From NCBI RefSeq assembly GCF_033153115.1, contig NW_026889806.1, positions 6,882,001 to 6,946,000 on the forward strand: a stretch of 64,000 nucleotides of DNA, written 5' to 3'. This stretch comes from Saccostrea echinata (lineage: Eukaryota). The position numbers and the translations under genes are program-made. Of this stretch, positions 31,201 to 43,713 are shown one piece after another. Position 1 is the first letter of the stretch. Each line of letters starts with the position of its first letter. The notes below the pieces were generated by a model. It did not search any database and was not told the origin of the DNA. It was given only the letters and a program-made list of their open reading frames with translations.

Positions 31201-32360
31201 CTCAATATAAAACTCAGCAAAACAGGAAGTTAACAAAAGGACCAATATCTGTCAACAAGGCTTTAAGAAATCTCAATGACTTCAGTTTTCTAGTCACTCT
31301 CTTCTGTTTTCTGTGATCTGCCTGTCTTCCCACAACTATGTGGACATTTTGTGAATCATTTTTACTTTTACATTTTGTTAAAAGAGCTTATCATGAGTAA
31401 AAGTATGAACTGAATATTGTTTGTTGTGTGTTATATTTGGGAATTTAGGAGCCCTTTGACTTAAAGTGGAATGGCCCTCAGCTAAGACAGATAACTACAA
31501 GATTGATAAAGCAGTATGTTCCCTTTATAAATTATCCTTCTTCAACAATGATATGTTTTATAGTATGGTCTTCTAGCTTGAATATCATATTTATCCCTAT
31601 CCACTAAGAAAATTGTCTGTTACCAAAATTAGGCCTAACATAGTAGGCAGAGGGAACCTCTCCTTGGAATGTGTAAAAATTAAAATATATAATTTCCCAG
31701 GCATTATGAATACTGCTTGTGTTGTAATCCCACTGTAGACTGCTAGTAAGGGCTAGAATGTAGGATAAGGCTCGTGAATCAAAGACCAATGTAATATTGT
31801 TTATCTTGCAATTTATAGTTATACCAGTGAGGTAACCATTAATATGTAGAAAGTCCGGTGGAACAGAATTAGCTAATACTGGTACTGTCCTCAAAATTGT
31901 TTTGAGGTTTAAAGATGCTTCATGAAGATTGATCAGTTCTTGCACATCAGCCAAAGAATTGACACAAAATGGTGTCATGTCCATCCAACACAGGAAAATT
32001 GTAATTTTTGATTGACCTTTTCTGTCATGGCTAATTGTTTTATAAGACACTTGGGTACTTTAAGTACACATGGCCCAGGGGTACACCTTGACCCGTATTA
32101 CGTCTGTTAAATGGGAGATAAGTTATTATATACTGTCACCATAGAAAGCAGAGGGCTATTCTTTGTTAGTGACCTCATGCTGAGATTTTTTTTTTACTAA
32201 AGGTAACTGAAGTTTATAACCTGCTGAAATGTCCAGGTCCTAGAGGACATGAACCTCTCCCCAGTACAGTTTTCATAAAGTAAAGCCTCCAAAACATCTC
32301 GATAAAATTTCTTTGTTGCTCACTAATGAGAGCTAGACTGGTCAGGCAGGTTTAATAGCT

Positions 32361-32440
32361 GGTGGCCATATAGCTCGGTAGAACACCTGACAAGTGATTC
32401 AGGGGGTCTGGGTTCAAATCCTGCCTAGTCTGTCACATTT
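32361..32440 (+). mobile_element. Degenerate tRNA-derived SINE head
   Basis: A-box-like TAGCTCGGTAGAACA and B-box-like GGTTCAAATCC, without a proper cloverleaf. Confidence 0.45.
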
Positions 32441-32949
32441 GTAAACTCTCCACAGTGCGTTACATTTAAAAGTAACAAGCGAGGAGAAAAATGTGATGGA
32501 CTAGACCAGGTGCTAGATACCATCTGAGCTGCCATCTGCTCAGCAGTGATCAAACTTGTCTGACAGCCTCGAGAGGAAATAAATACATAAGGATATAGAA
32601 ATGGAAAACTTTTCAATTTATATAGTAACATTTGGTTGACCACAAAGTACTGTAAACAGTTTTAATTGTGAAAAAAAACACCTAATAAACTAATCCAAAC
32701 CCAACATGGGTTATAGAGAATATAACCTTTCACAAAATATTCAGTTTATATTAAACCACTTTCAATACAGAAGTATTAATTATAAAATAAAATTTATATA
32801 CCTATTGAATATTTTAAAAAAAATAAAAGAAAGGAATGTTATCTTTTTTTTACATATTCCAAGTACCTGTGGTAAATACAAGGTTTTTTTTTTTTTTTAA
32901 TTCGTAGGCCAAAATGGTGGAACATTAAAAAAACAAGAAAAAAAAAGTT

Positions 32950-33021
32950 TAGCAGAGCGTGGTTTCGATCCACGGACCTCTGGGTTATGGGCCCAGCACG
33001 CTTCCACTGCGCCACTCTGCT
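32950..33021 (-). tRNA. Initiator tRNA-Met (CAT)
   Basis: The reverse complement is AGCAGAGTGGCGCAGTGGAAGCGTGCTGGGCCCATAACCCAGAGGTCCGTGGATCGAAACCACGCTCTGCTA. It has an A1-U72 pair, a GGG/CCC anticodon stem and an AUCG T-loop, all initiator features. An oligo-T terminator follows immediately and a TATA-like element lies ~30 bp upstream. Confidence 0.97.
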
Positions 33022-33974
33022 CGATAGAATAATGTGGAATAAAACAGCTATATATTTTATAATTAGAATTGGTTCAAAGCGGGATCTTTACTGCGCTTGT
33101 CACTGTACAACAAACGTCATGTACGAAAGTTGAAGCTTGCATTTGACGTTGATTATTTAAACTCGAGTCATCAAGTAAATAGATAGGGGCAGATAGGGAA
33201 AGTATTTATGTATCGGTAATTCCTAATAAGCTTTTCTAAGGCTACTCCAATAAACGACTGTTTGTTGGTGTGTAAGATTACGGTATGTATAGTAGTACTT
33301 TTGGTTAGGATCTATTTATACTGATAGTGATAGTAAAAGTTGGAGTGACTTGCAGCAGAGGTGTCATAGCCTACAACATGAACATCTATGTTATATAGGT
33401 CTAATGCTACTGTATATGAAAAGCTTGTCGCAATCCTGGGTCGGAAATTTTATCAGTCAAGTCAGTAGAATAATTTATACGGAAATCTGAGACAAGGGCT
33501 CGTCGAAGGCAGGCTTTGCGGATTTTTGCTTTACATGTAGGATAATTTTACTAGCTTGTCTCACAGACTGAGAGGATAAAATGCTACTAGTGTGCAGTGG
33601 TGTGTCAATAAAAGTCTCTCAGAAATAAATATCATATAGCAATACCTAACGACTAAATGAATAGTTGTTTGTATATGATTTTTTTCAAATGCCCGGAGCA
33701 AGCTCCTGTGCTTTACTGGCCAAATTTCCAACTCTTAGTGTACTTACATCTGTACATATACTCTTCCTTAGTTTTGATTTTCATTTTACAACAAATATTT
33801 AGATCTTCATAGATATACCATGTATATCAAGACTTTTTTTATGCTAAATTTTAAACCCAAAATTTGGCAATATTCCTAACTGGAAATATTATAAAACACA
33901 TATTGGATGAGTCATGCATCCTGATTCAAGTGAGTACAAAGTATCATTATAATTTTTTGTGCTATTTTAGGAAA

Positions 33975-36900
33975 ATGGATGCGATATTGAATGGAATTCT
34001 CACATCCGAGCATTCTGACTCCCTGAAGAAAAAACTGATAACCAAGGTAACGGAGAACAGTTCCAAACCTCAGCCAGTTCATGTCATTCGTTCCGTGCTA
34101 CAAATCTCATCGTCATGGTTTCTCCAGGGAGATTCTGACATCGCCGTGTCCGAGGGACTGCAAGTGTACATTTCATGGGCAAAATACAACTTGAAAACAT
34201 TTGAAGCTTTTTTTGACCGTGAGTTTCTCCTGTCTTTATTTTCGTACAAAGGTAAACAGGAAGCGAACGCTGTATTGTTGTTGGAGGCCAGTATGGAGCT
34301 ATTACAGAGATCCTCCTCATACTCGGGACATGTTAAGGTTGTGGAAGCCAAAGCTATTAGTTACGTTAGGGAACATCCTTCCATTGACTGCTTGACAAAC
34401 TTTGTTAACTTTTTATCAAAATTTAAGGAATGTCTTCCGAAGGGTGACTTTGTCTCGACGTTTTGTGTGTCCCTGATTCATTCTCTTAGCATGTGTTCAA
34501 TACCCCAGGATCACACCGACATATTCAAGTACATTAAAAACGTAGATCGAATTTGTTTCCTGATTCATAATATATGGAACAATGCTGACTCAGATGTGAT
34601 AATGGACTCCCTTAAAGCTATTTTTGGAATAATATCAGCTATAGAAGAAACGGAGCCCTCATTTTGTCTTGGCGCAGTGGTTCGTAATATCCCTGAGAAA
34701 ATGATTGAAGTAATTGTCAAGTATGCAATAAGTTCAAATGTTGACAATATGCGAATGACAACAGCATTACAGAGGGTGGTGGACTGGCTTCAATGGCCAA
34801 CAGCGACTAACGTACACATGTGGATTATCACATTCTTCAGAAGTCTGGCTGGTGCCAAAAAATACAGCATTCTTATTACTGTCACAGAGACAAAGATAGA
34901 GCAGGTAAGAATCAGTCATTACTGTCACAGAGACAAAGATAGAACAGGTAAGAATCAGTCATTACTGTCACAGAGACAAAGACAGAACAGGTAAGAATCA
35001 GTCATTACTGTCACAGAGACAAAGATAGAACAGGTAGAAATCAGTCATTACTGTCACAGAGACAAAGATTGAGCAGGTAAGAATCAGTCATTACTGTCAC
35101 AGAGACAAAGATAGAGCAGGTCAGAGTCATTCATTACTGTCACAGAGACAAAGATAGAGCAGGTAGAAATCAGTCATTACTGTCACAGAGACAAAGATAG
35201 AGCAGGTCAGAGTCATTCATTACTGTCACAGAGACAAAGATAGAGCAGGTAGAAATCAGTCATTAATGTCACAGAGACAAAGATAGAGCAGGTCAGAGTC
35301 ATTCATTACTGTCACAGAGACAAAGATAGAGCAGGTAGAAATCAGTCATTACTGTCACAGAGACAAAGATTGAGCAGGTCAGAGTCAGTCATTACTGTCA
35401 CAGAGACAAAGATAGAGCAGGTCAGAGTCAGTCATTACTGTCACAGAGACAAAGATAGAGCAGGTAGAAATCAGTCATTACTGTCACAGAGACAAAGATT
35501 GAGCAGGTCAGAGTCAGTCATTACTGTCACAGAGACAAAGATAGAGCAGGTAAGAATCAGTCATTACTGTCACAGAGACAAAGATAGAGCAGGTCAGAGT
35601 CAGTCATTACTGTCACAGAGACAAAGATAGAGCAGGTCAGAGTCAGTCATTACTGTCACAGAGACAAAGATTGAGCAGGTCAGAGTCAGTCATTACTGTC
35701 ACAGAGACAAAGATAGAGCAGGTCAGAGTCAGTCATTACTGTCACAGAGACAAAGATTGAGCAGGTCAGAGTCAGTCATTACTGTCACAGAGACAAAGAT
35801 AGAGCAGGTAAGAATCAGTCATTACTGTCACAGAGACAAAGATAGAGCAGGTCAGAGTCAGTCATTACTGTCACAGAGACAAAGATTGAGCAGGTCAGAG
35901 TCATTCATTACTGTCACAGAGACAAAGATAGAGCAGGTCAGAGTCAGTCATTACTGTCACAGAGACAAAGATTGAGCAGGTCAGAGTCAGTCATTACTGT
36001 CACAGAGACAAAGATAGAGCAGGTAAGAATCAGTCATTACTGTCACAGAGACAAAGATTGAGCAGGTCAGAGTCAGTCATTACTGTCACAGAGACAAAGA
36101 TAGAGCAGGTAAGAATCAGTCATTACTGTCACAGAGACAAAGATTGAGCAGGTCAGAGTCAGTCATTACTGTCACAGAGACAAAGATAGAGCAGGTAGAA
36201 ATCAGTCATTACTGTCACAGAGACAAAGATAGAGCAGGTCAGAGTCAGTCATTACTGTCACAGAGACAAAGATAGAGCAGGTCAGAGTCAGTCATTACTG
36301 TCACAGAGACAAAGATAGAGCAGGTCAGAGTCAGTCATTACTGTCACAGAGACAAAGATAGAGCAGGTAAGAATCAGTCATTACTGTCACAGAGACAAAG
36401 ATTGAGCAGGTCAGAGTCAGTCATTACTGTCACAGAGACAAAGATAGAGCAGGTAGAAATCAGTCATTACTGTCACAGAGACAAAGATAGAGCAGGTCAG
36501 AGTCAGTCATTACTGTCACAGAGACAAAGATTGAGCATTTAGAAATCAGTCATTACTGTCACAGAGACAAAGATAGAGCAGGTAAGAATCAGTCATTACT
36601 GTCACAGGGACAAAGATAGAGCAGGTAAGAATCAGTCATTACTGTCACAGAGACAAAGATAGAGCAGGTAGGAATCAGTCATTACTGTCACAGGGACAAA
36701 GATAGAGCAGGTAAGAATCAGTCATTACTGTCACAGAGACAAAGATAGAGCAGGTCAGAGTCAGTCATTACTGTCACAGAGACAAAGATAGAGCAGGTAA
36801 GAATCAGTCATTACTGTCACAGAGACAAAGATTGAGCAGGTCAGAGTCAGTCATTACTGTCACAGAGACAAAGATAGAGCAGGTAGAAATCAGTCATTAC

Positions 36901-39900
36901 TGTCACAGAGACAAAGATTGAGCAGGTAAGAGTCAGTCATTACTGTCACAGAGACAAAGATTGAGCAGGTAAGAATCAGTCATTACTGTCACAGAGACAA
37001 AGATAGAGCAGGTCAGAATCAGTCATTACTGTCACAGAGACAAAGATAGAGCAGGTAAGAATCAGTCATTACTGTCACAGAGACAAAGATAGAGCAGGTA
37101 AGAATCAGTCATTACTGTCACAGAGACAAAGATAGAGCAGGTCAGAATCAGTCATTACTGTCACAGAGACAAAGATAGAGCAGGTCAGAATCAGTCATTA
37201 CTGTCACAGAGACAAAGATTGAGCAGGTAGGAATCAGTCATTACTGTCACAGAGACAAAGATAGAGCAGGTAAGAATCAGTCATTACTGTCACAGAGACA
37301 AAGATTGAGCAGGTCAGAGTCAGTCATTACTGTCACAGAGACAAAGATAGAGCAGGTCAGAATCAGTCATTACTGTCACAGAGACAAAGATTGAGCAGGT
37401 AGGAATCAGTCATTACTGTCACAGAGACAAAGATAGAGCAGGTAAGAATCAGTCATTACTGTCACAGAGACAAAGATAGAGCAGGTCAGAATCAGTCATT
37501 ACTGTCACAGAGACAAAGATTGAGCAGGTAAGAATCAGTTGCTGCATTTACAAGTTACTAGTTTGGTATGTGTATGAGGGTTGTCTGGTAAAATTGTGGA
37601 CATATTGCATGTTACTTAGGTTGAAAAGTATCAACACTGTGCTCTAATATTTTCACCACTTTTAGTACTTGGAATCGTCAGTACTTTATTTACATAAAGA
37701 ACTGCACTCCAGTGCATCAAAACGTCATCATATGTCCCAATTTTTCCTCTGTTGTGTTTACCACTTTCCATTTCAGATGTTCAGAAATCTGCTGAAAATT
37801 AGATAAATGATTTGAAATTCTGAAAATGATGACCTAATAGATAGTTTCTTAAAAATGATCATTTTTTACAGCATCTGGATGTATTAACTATTTTCATTGT
37901 GAATTATTAGTCATGTATTCTTCGATAAACCCTGAGTTTTTGGTCATGCGCCCTAGGACTATACCCTGGACACATCTATAATCCTTATTCTTGTCTATAT
38001 TTTCCCAGAAAATTTAAGATATACTTAAATATGATAGATAAACATTTTTTTGAAAATGTCAACTCAGCAGGCTCATTATTTTCAAATTAAAATGCTTTTT
38101 CAACGATTTTATCAGACAACTCTTGTCCTTATTGTTAATATGTTGCAATGGTTTGGCCAAGTTCATATTTCACTGGATTGATTATTATTATTTTTTTTAA
38201 TAAAAAAAGGGTGCCGCAAGGCTAGAAATATCTAACTACATATCATTTAAAAAATCTGAATATTTTTTTTAAAGCTTATTTTTTTGTTATTTTTACAACA
38301 GGTGTGTCAGAAACTTGAGTTTGCTGCAGTCCGAGAGGGAGCGTTGAGTGTACTCACACATATGTTACTCGGCTTTCAACATTCACCCGAGCCTTTCCAT
38401 AAGGTTAGTTTATTACAATCACCAGAGTCTTTTCCGCGAGATTATTAAATTTCACACAGATTATCTACATTCTCCTCCTGAACTTTTATAAAGTTTGTCA
38501 TCGATGACGTACTGATCAGAACCATAATAGACCATGAATAATGGTAATCAGGAAAAATGTCAATGAATTTAATAGATGGCTGACACTGGGAAAATTATAA
38601 AATCTTTCATTTTTCAAGTCATGCTGTTGACTTCTCTTTCTTTAAAAAACATGAATTTGCTAAGATTGATTGGATCATCAATGAGAGAGATAACTCTGAC
38701 TGAGAAAATAACAATTATTTCTGTAAAAAGGCCATTTTAGTCAAATTTTGCCTCGCAAAGTGTATTGAAATTGTGTGGCATGTTAATTATGAATTTTACT
38801 TCTTCTTGAAAATCATTAGCATTAAATCAGAATTTTATATGAGTGAAAACAGGTGGATAATGAGGACTAAGGACGAGTAATGCTATTTTTGAACACCAGC
38901 ATGTTATCCTTTACCACCACATTTTTGTGTTGTAGATCCTCCCCCAGATGGTGAAAGTCATTGAGATCCTGACCAAGGAAAATATGAGCATGTTAAAGCA
39001 GTTGTCAGATCTGTTACATTGCTGTTTTTTCCTCCATGCTGGGTACCCTGATTTGTATGACCCGATACTGGAGGCTCTGAAGGTAATAGTTCCACTGCTG
39101 GGTACCCTGATTTGTATGACCCGATACTAGAGGCTCTGAAGATAATAGTTCTACTGCTGGGTACCCTGATTTGTATGACCCGATACTAGAGGCTCTGAAG
39201 GTAATATAGTCTACTGCTGGATACCCTGATTTGTATGACCTGATACTGGAGACTCTGAAGGTAATAGTTCTACTGTTAGGTACTCTGATTTGTATGACCT
39301 GATACTAGAGGCTCTGAAGGTAATAGTTCCTCCATGCTGGGTACCCTGATTTGTATGACCCGATACTAGAGACTCTGAAGGTAATAGTTCTACTGTTAGG
39401 TACCCTGATTTGTATGACCCGATACTAGAGACTCTGAAGGTAATAGTTCTACTGCTGGGTACCCTGATTTGTATGACCCGATACTAGAGACTCTGAAGGT
39501 AATAGTTCTACTGTTAGGTACTCTGATTTGTATGACCCAATACTAGAGGCTCTGAAGGTAATAGTTCAGGTATTTATAGGCATTGCCTCTGCCTAATCCA
39601 ATCAGATTTTTCTAAATAAATGTTGACCTTTAAACTAATACCACAGTCATTGTAAAGTAAAGGGAGGTACCCTGGTAGAAAAAAAGCAGCACATAAGGAC
39701 AGATAATAATAACATGATCCTTGAACCTTGGTGTATATTAGGAACAAGATATAATTTAGAATGTATCTTTTTTGCTTATTTGTTCCTGCCAAGAGAATCT
39801 GGAGATACAGTGAAACCCCTGTGTAAGGAACTAAGTTATCTTATGAGGAAGGGATGTAAATTTCTCAACTACTTCCTCATTATGTAATTTTGGGAGAAGA

Positions 39901-41625
39901 AAATTACATACAATGAATATGTTTATAAGGAAATTTTGTCTTAAAGAAAGTGAAAATTGTTTCCCCATTCTTGATCTTAAGATGTAATTTTTTCTATCAC
40001 TAGCAGTGTTTGCTCTTGAAATATGATTTTCTGAAGCTGCTGAGTCAGTGTTATATCTGCACTTTGTCTCTTTTCCCTACCATACCTATTGTTAATGATA
40101 CAATAAATATGTATTGTAGCAGTATTAAAGAGCATACAGTTACATATGCATACTCTCAGAAATGTGTGTGTGCATTCTTTATGAAGCTTATCATAAACAT
40201 AAGAACTTTGTTAGAAAGAATCTCGCTATAAGGGACTATTTATGGATGTCCCCAAGAATTCTTTATAAGCCAGATTTACTTGTATGTTCACTAAAATAAT
40301 AATCTATTTTTTTAAAAAGAGATGATATATGTAATTAAGTCTACAGATAAATCTTTGTATTCACACAAAGTTGCTATTATATAATGTTTGTAATTTGTAG
40401 GGAATCCCTGCTCCCAGTTCAGAAGAAATTAAATCCCGCCTTGAAGAGAGTCACTGGCAAGTTCAGAAATCGGGCACTTCTAAATATGTGTCAAAGGTCA
40501 CTCAAAGGTCAGAGACAGGGAAAACTGGACTGTTTAACCTGGGAAACACATGTTTTATGAACAGCATCTTACAAGCCCTTTTCATGTGTGACAGGTCAGT
40601 GGAAATATTATGTAGGAGTTGTCTTCCATTCTTCCATTTCATACCTCTTTAACACTTGTTTTCTTATGTCGGTTTTGTTTTGGCTGTAGTCAAGTACTGT
40701 CTGTCATTTAATGTGTCTTACCACCACAATAGATACTTTTTATCTGTATTGTCACCCACGCTGATTGTATTATTTGTGTGATTTCAGCTTTAGGAGGGAT
40801 ACATTGTCATACCAGGCCTCCCCAGAACAACCAGTTATTTCACAGTTACAGCAGGTGTTTGCCTTCCTCAGTCAGACTCAGGTAATAACCAATGTCACAG
40901 GTAATAACCGATGTCACAGGTATAACCAATGTCGCAGTTACAGCAGGTGTTTGCCTTCCTCAGTCAGACTCAGGTAATATCCAATGTCACAGTTACAGCA
41001 GGTGTTTGCCTTCCTCAGTCAGACTCAGGTAATAACCAATGTCACAGATAATAACCAATTTCACAGGTAATAACCAATGTCACAGTTACAGCAGGTGTTT
41101 GTCTTCCTCAGTCAGACTCAGGTAATAAACAATGTCACAGTTACAGCAGGTGTTTGTCTTCCTCAGTCAGACTCAGGTAATAACCAATGTCACAAAGTAA
41201 TAACTAATGTCACAGGTAATAACCAATGTCACAGGTAATAACTAATGTCACAAGTAATAACCAATGTCACAGGTAGTAACCAATGTCACAGGTAATAACC
41301 AGTGTCACAGGTAATAACCAGTGTCACAGGTAATAACCAATGTCACAGGTAAGAACCAATGTCACAGGTAAGAACCAATGTCACAGGTAAGAACCAATGT
41401 CACAGGTAATAATCAGTGTCACAGGTAAGAACCAATGTCACAAAGTAATAACCAATGTCACAGTTACAGCAGGTGTTTGCCTTCCTCAGTCAGACTCAGG
41501 TAATAACCAGTGTCACAAAGTAATAACCAATGTCACAGGAATAAAACAATATCTCAGGTTATAGATTGTGTCCCTATAAAATGTGTCAGTAGTAACAACC
41601 AATGCTTCCACCTCCCATACCCCCC

Positions 41626-41656
<31 letters not shown>

Positions 41657-43526
41657 ACACACGTCACCAAATAAAAATGCAACATTTAATGTGTTAGTTA
41701 CAACCAATGTCACATGGGATAATTATATAACAATCAAAATGTTAACAAAGAACTAGTATGTGTCAACGAAATGAAATCTGGTATTCCCAAAATGTCAAAG
41801 AAATCAATCTATTTTAAAATCTCAGATGTGATAATTTTTAGATTCTATACTTAATATCTAGAATTTATTAACTTTTTAACAATCTGCTTGACATGGTATA
41901 TTCTTCTGTTGATAGCGTCCTGCCTATGCTCCTATGACATTTAGTAGAATGACCAGGCCCAGCTGGTTTGTCGCAGGGCATCAACAGGACTGCTCAGAGT
42001 ATCTGCGATATCTGCTGGATCAGATTCATGAGCAGGAACGCACTCGACTGAAAAAAGAGAAGCTGGCAAAGGAATCAGCTGATGAGAAAGGTGAAAATCA
42101 GAAGACAGAAGAAACAGCTACTGATATGGACAGTTGTGATAACAAATCTGTGATAACGTCACTTATTGAGGATCATTTTGGGGGGATCATGGTGACAACA
42201 GTTACATGTTTAAATTGTAAAACCCAGTCGTCACGGAAGGAAGAATTCTCAGACATACCTCTGGCTTTCCCAGAGTATAAACCAGTCATCAGTCAGGAAT
42301 CCGGAGATAAAACCAAACCAGAGACCGAACCGAAAACCCAATGTTTACATCTGAACGACCTGCTGCAGTATTACCTGAAGCCGGAGATGTTGACAGGGGA
42401 TAACCAGTACTTCTGTGATAAGTGTGGTTCACTACAGGACGGGGAGAGGAGAATCTCCATCGTTCAGCCCCCCGAACACCTCATCGTCACCCTGCTACGG
42501 TTCTCTTATGATGCAAAAATACATGCCAGGTCAAAAATATTCCAGGAGGTCAAATATCCACGGACTCTTGTATTACCCAAAGATCAGACAACAGAAACAA
42601 AGAGTGGCAATTCACGGCGATCTCTGAGAAGTGCTGTGTCAAGACAAATAGAGAAATGTGGGGTGGATCTAAACACCCAGAAAGGAGAGGTGTATGGTCT
42701 TAATGCTGTTGTAGTGCATTCTGGGACATCTTCTGAGTCAGGACATTATTACGCATACTCTAGACATTCGCTGTTTCAGGATCCCGAGTCTGTGATGTCG
42801 ACGTTATCTGACTGTACAGACGAGGACAGTATTGACTTCCTACAGGACAAGTGGTACCTATTTAATGATAACCGGGTCTCATACGCTCATTACAACTCTT
42901 TCTGTAGCGTCACTCAGCGCTTCACAAAGGACACTGCCTACTTACTATTCTACAAGAGAATCGACCCCCAGAATAGTGAGAATGGAGGGGTGGATCTCAA
43001 TAAATCCATCAGACCATCAGAGGTAGATCCACCCCTACAGGATAAACTGAGACAACTAGTCAGCAAGGACAATGCTCTGTACCTACAGGTAATGTCACCT
43101 TTACAAAGTACATACTGGTTATCAACATGGTCTACATACAGATGTACATGTATTTATCTTTCACATTTACTCAATAGTTACATAATACCTGTTCTATCAT
43201 ATGATCAAAATATTCTGCAAACCTTCATGTTACCTGTACGTAGATGCAACCAACATAGTTTTCATACATACATAATGTACCTCACCTATAGGTAATAAGT
43301 AATTAGGCATCAACATACTTAAATGTATATTTCCCTGTGTTGCATTAAAAAGAATTATTTTGACTCACAGGAACAAGAAATAAGTGAACAGAAGAGAGCG
43401 TCTCGGAAGCGACCTGTATCTCAGACTTCCTCCTGGTTCTACAAACCTGACGAAGACCAGGGGCCACCGGGCAGCTGTGGAGGGTCCTCAGGGTTTGATA
43501 GCAGTGGACCCCGATTTGTCTTCTGA
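33975..43526 (+). CDS. USP38: Ubiquitin carboxyl-terminal hydrolase, USP38/USP35 family, 7 coding exons, ~931 aa
   Basis: Exons 33975-34904, 38302-38403, 38936-39082, 40401-40594, 40788-40881, 41916-43088 and 43371-43526 join in frame. Features: MDAILNGIL start, VDWLQWP, GFQHSPEPFH, Cys box GKTGLFNLGNTCFMNS, QQDCSEYLRYLLD, His box VVVHSGTSSESGHYY, WYLFND, and C-terminal GPPGSCGG...RFVF typical of USP35/38. Confidence 0.9.
34875..37539 (+). repeat. 43-bp exon-end plus donor array (~62 copies), USP38 exon 1
   Basis: Unit ATTACTGTCACAGAGACAAAGATWGAGCAG|GT(AAGAA/CAGAG/AGAAA)TCAGTC, i.e. 30 nt of exon and 13 nt of intron. The real donor is at 34905. Confidence 0.97.
37574..38126. mobile_element. 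Old mariner-like MITE
   Basis: Imperfect TIRs TGAGGGTTGTCTGGTAAAATTGT and ACGATTTTATCAGACAACTCTTG. Confidence 0.5.
39034..39568 (+). repeat. ~59-bp exon-end plus donor array (9 copies), USP38 exon 3
   Basis: Unit TGCTGGGTACCCTGATTTGTATGACCCGATACTRGAGRCTCTGAAG|GTAATAGTTCTAC. The real donor is at 39083. Confidence 0.95.
40840..41540 (+). repeat. Composite 55-bp/19-bp exon-end plus donor array, USP38 exon 5
   Basis: The long unit TCACAGTTACAGCAGGTGTTTGCCTTCCTCAGTCAGACTCAG|GTAATAACCAATG is interspersed with the short unit TCACAGGTAATAACCAATG. Confidence 0.92.
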
Positions 43527-43713
43527 TGATAGGAAGCTGTTGGGGGGCTCAGGATTTAATAACAGAGGACATTGATTTGTTTCTGATGCCAGGAAGCTAT
43601 GGGTGTTCCTCAGGATTTTAGCAATGGACCTCTGTCTTTTGATGTCAGGAAGCCGTGGGGGTTCCTTAGTCCTCAGGGTTTGATAGCAGCGAACCTCAAT
43701 TTGTGTTCTGAAG
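43470..43713 (+). repeat. Degenerate ~60-bp array of the USP38 CDS end plus stop codon (4 copies)
   Basis: GGMAGCTGTGG...TCAGGRTTT...GGAC...TTTGT.TTCTGA repeats into the 3' UTR. Confidence 0.8.

Noticed and set aside
31604-32050. 148-aa minus-strand ORF downstream of tubulin
   Set aside because: No recognisable domain or convincing splice partners, so it cannot be supported as a gene without a homology search.
32361-32440. Possible second tRNA gene
   Set aside because: It has A/B boxes but no complete cloverleaf, so it is treated as a SINE remnant.
33864-33974. N-terminal extension of USP38 in the ORF track
   Set aside because: It starts at a non-ATG codon in intronic sequence. The acceptor at 33970 and ATG at 33975 give the family-typical start.
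34875-37539. CRISPR-like appearance of regular repeats (also 20000-21925 and 54490-55182)
   Set aside because: The units are contiguous with no unique spacers, there are no cas genes, and the context is a eukaryotic intron.
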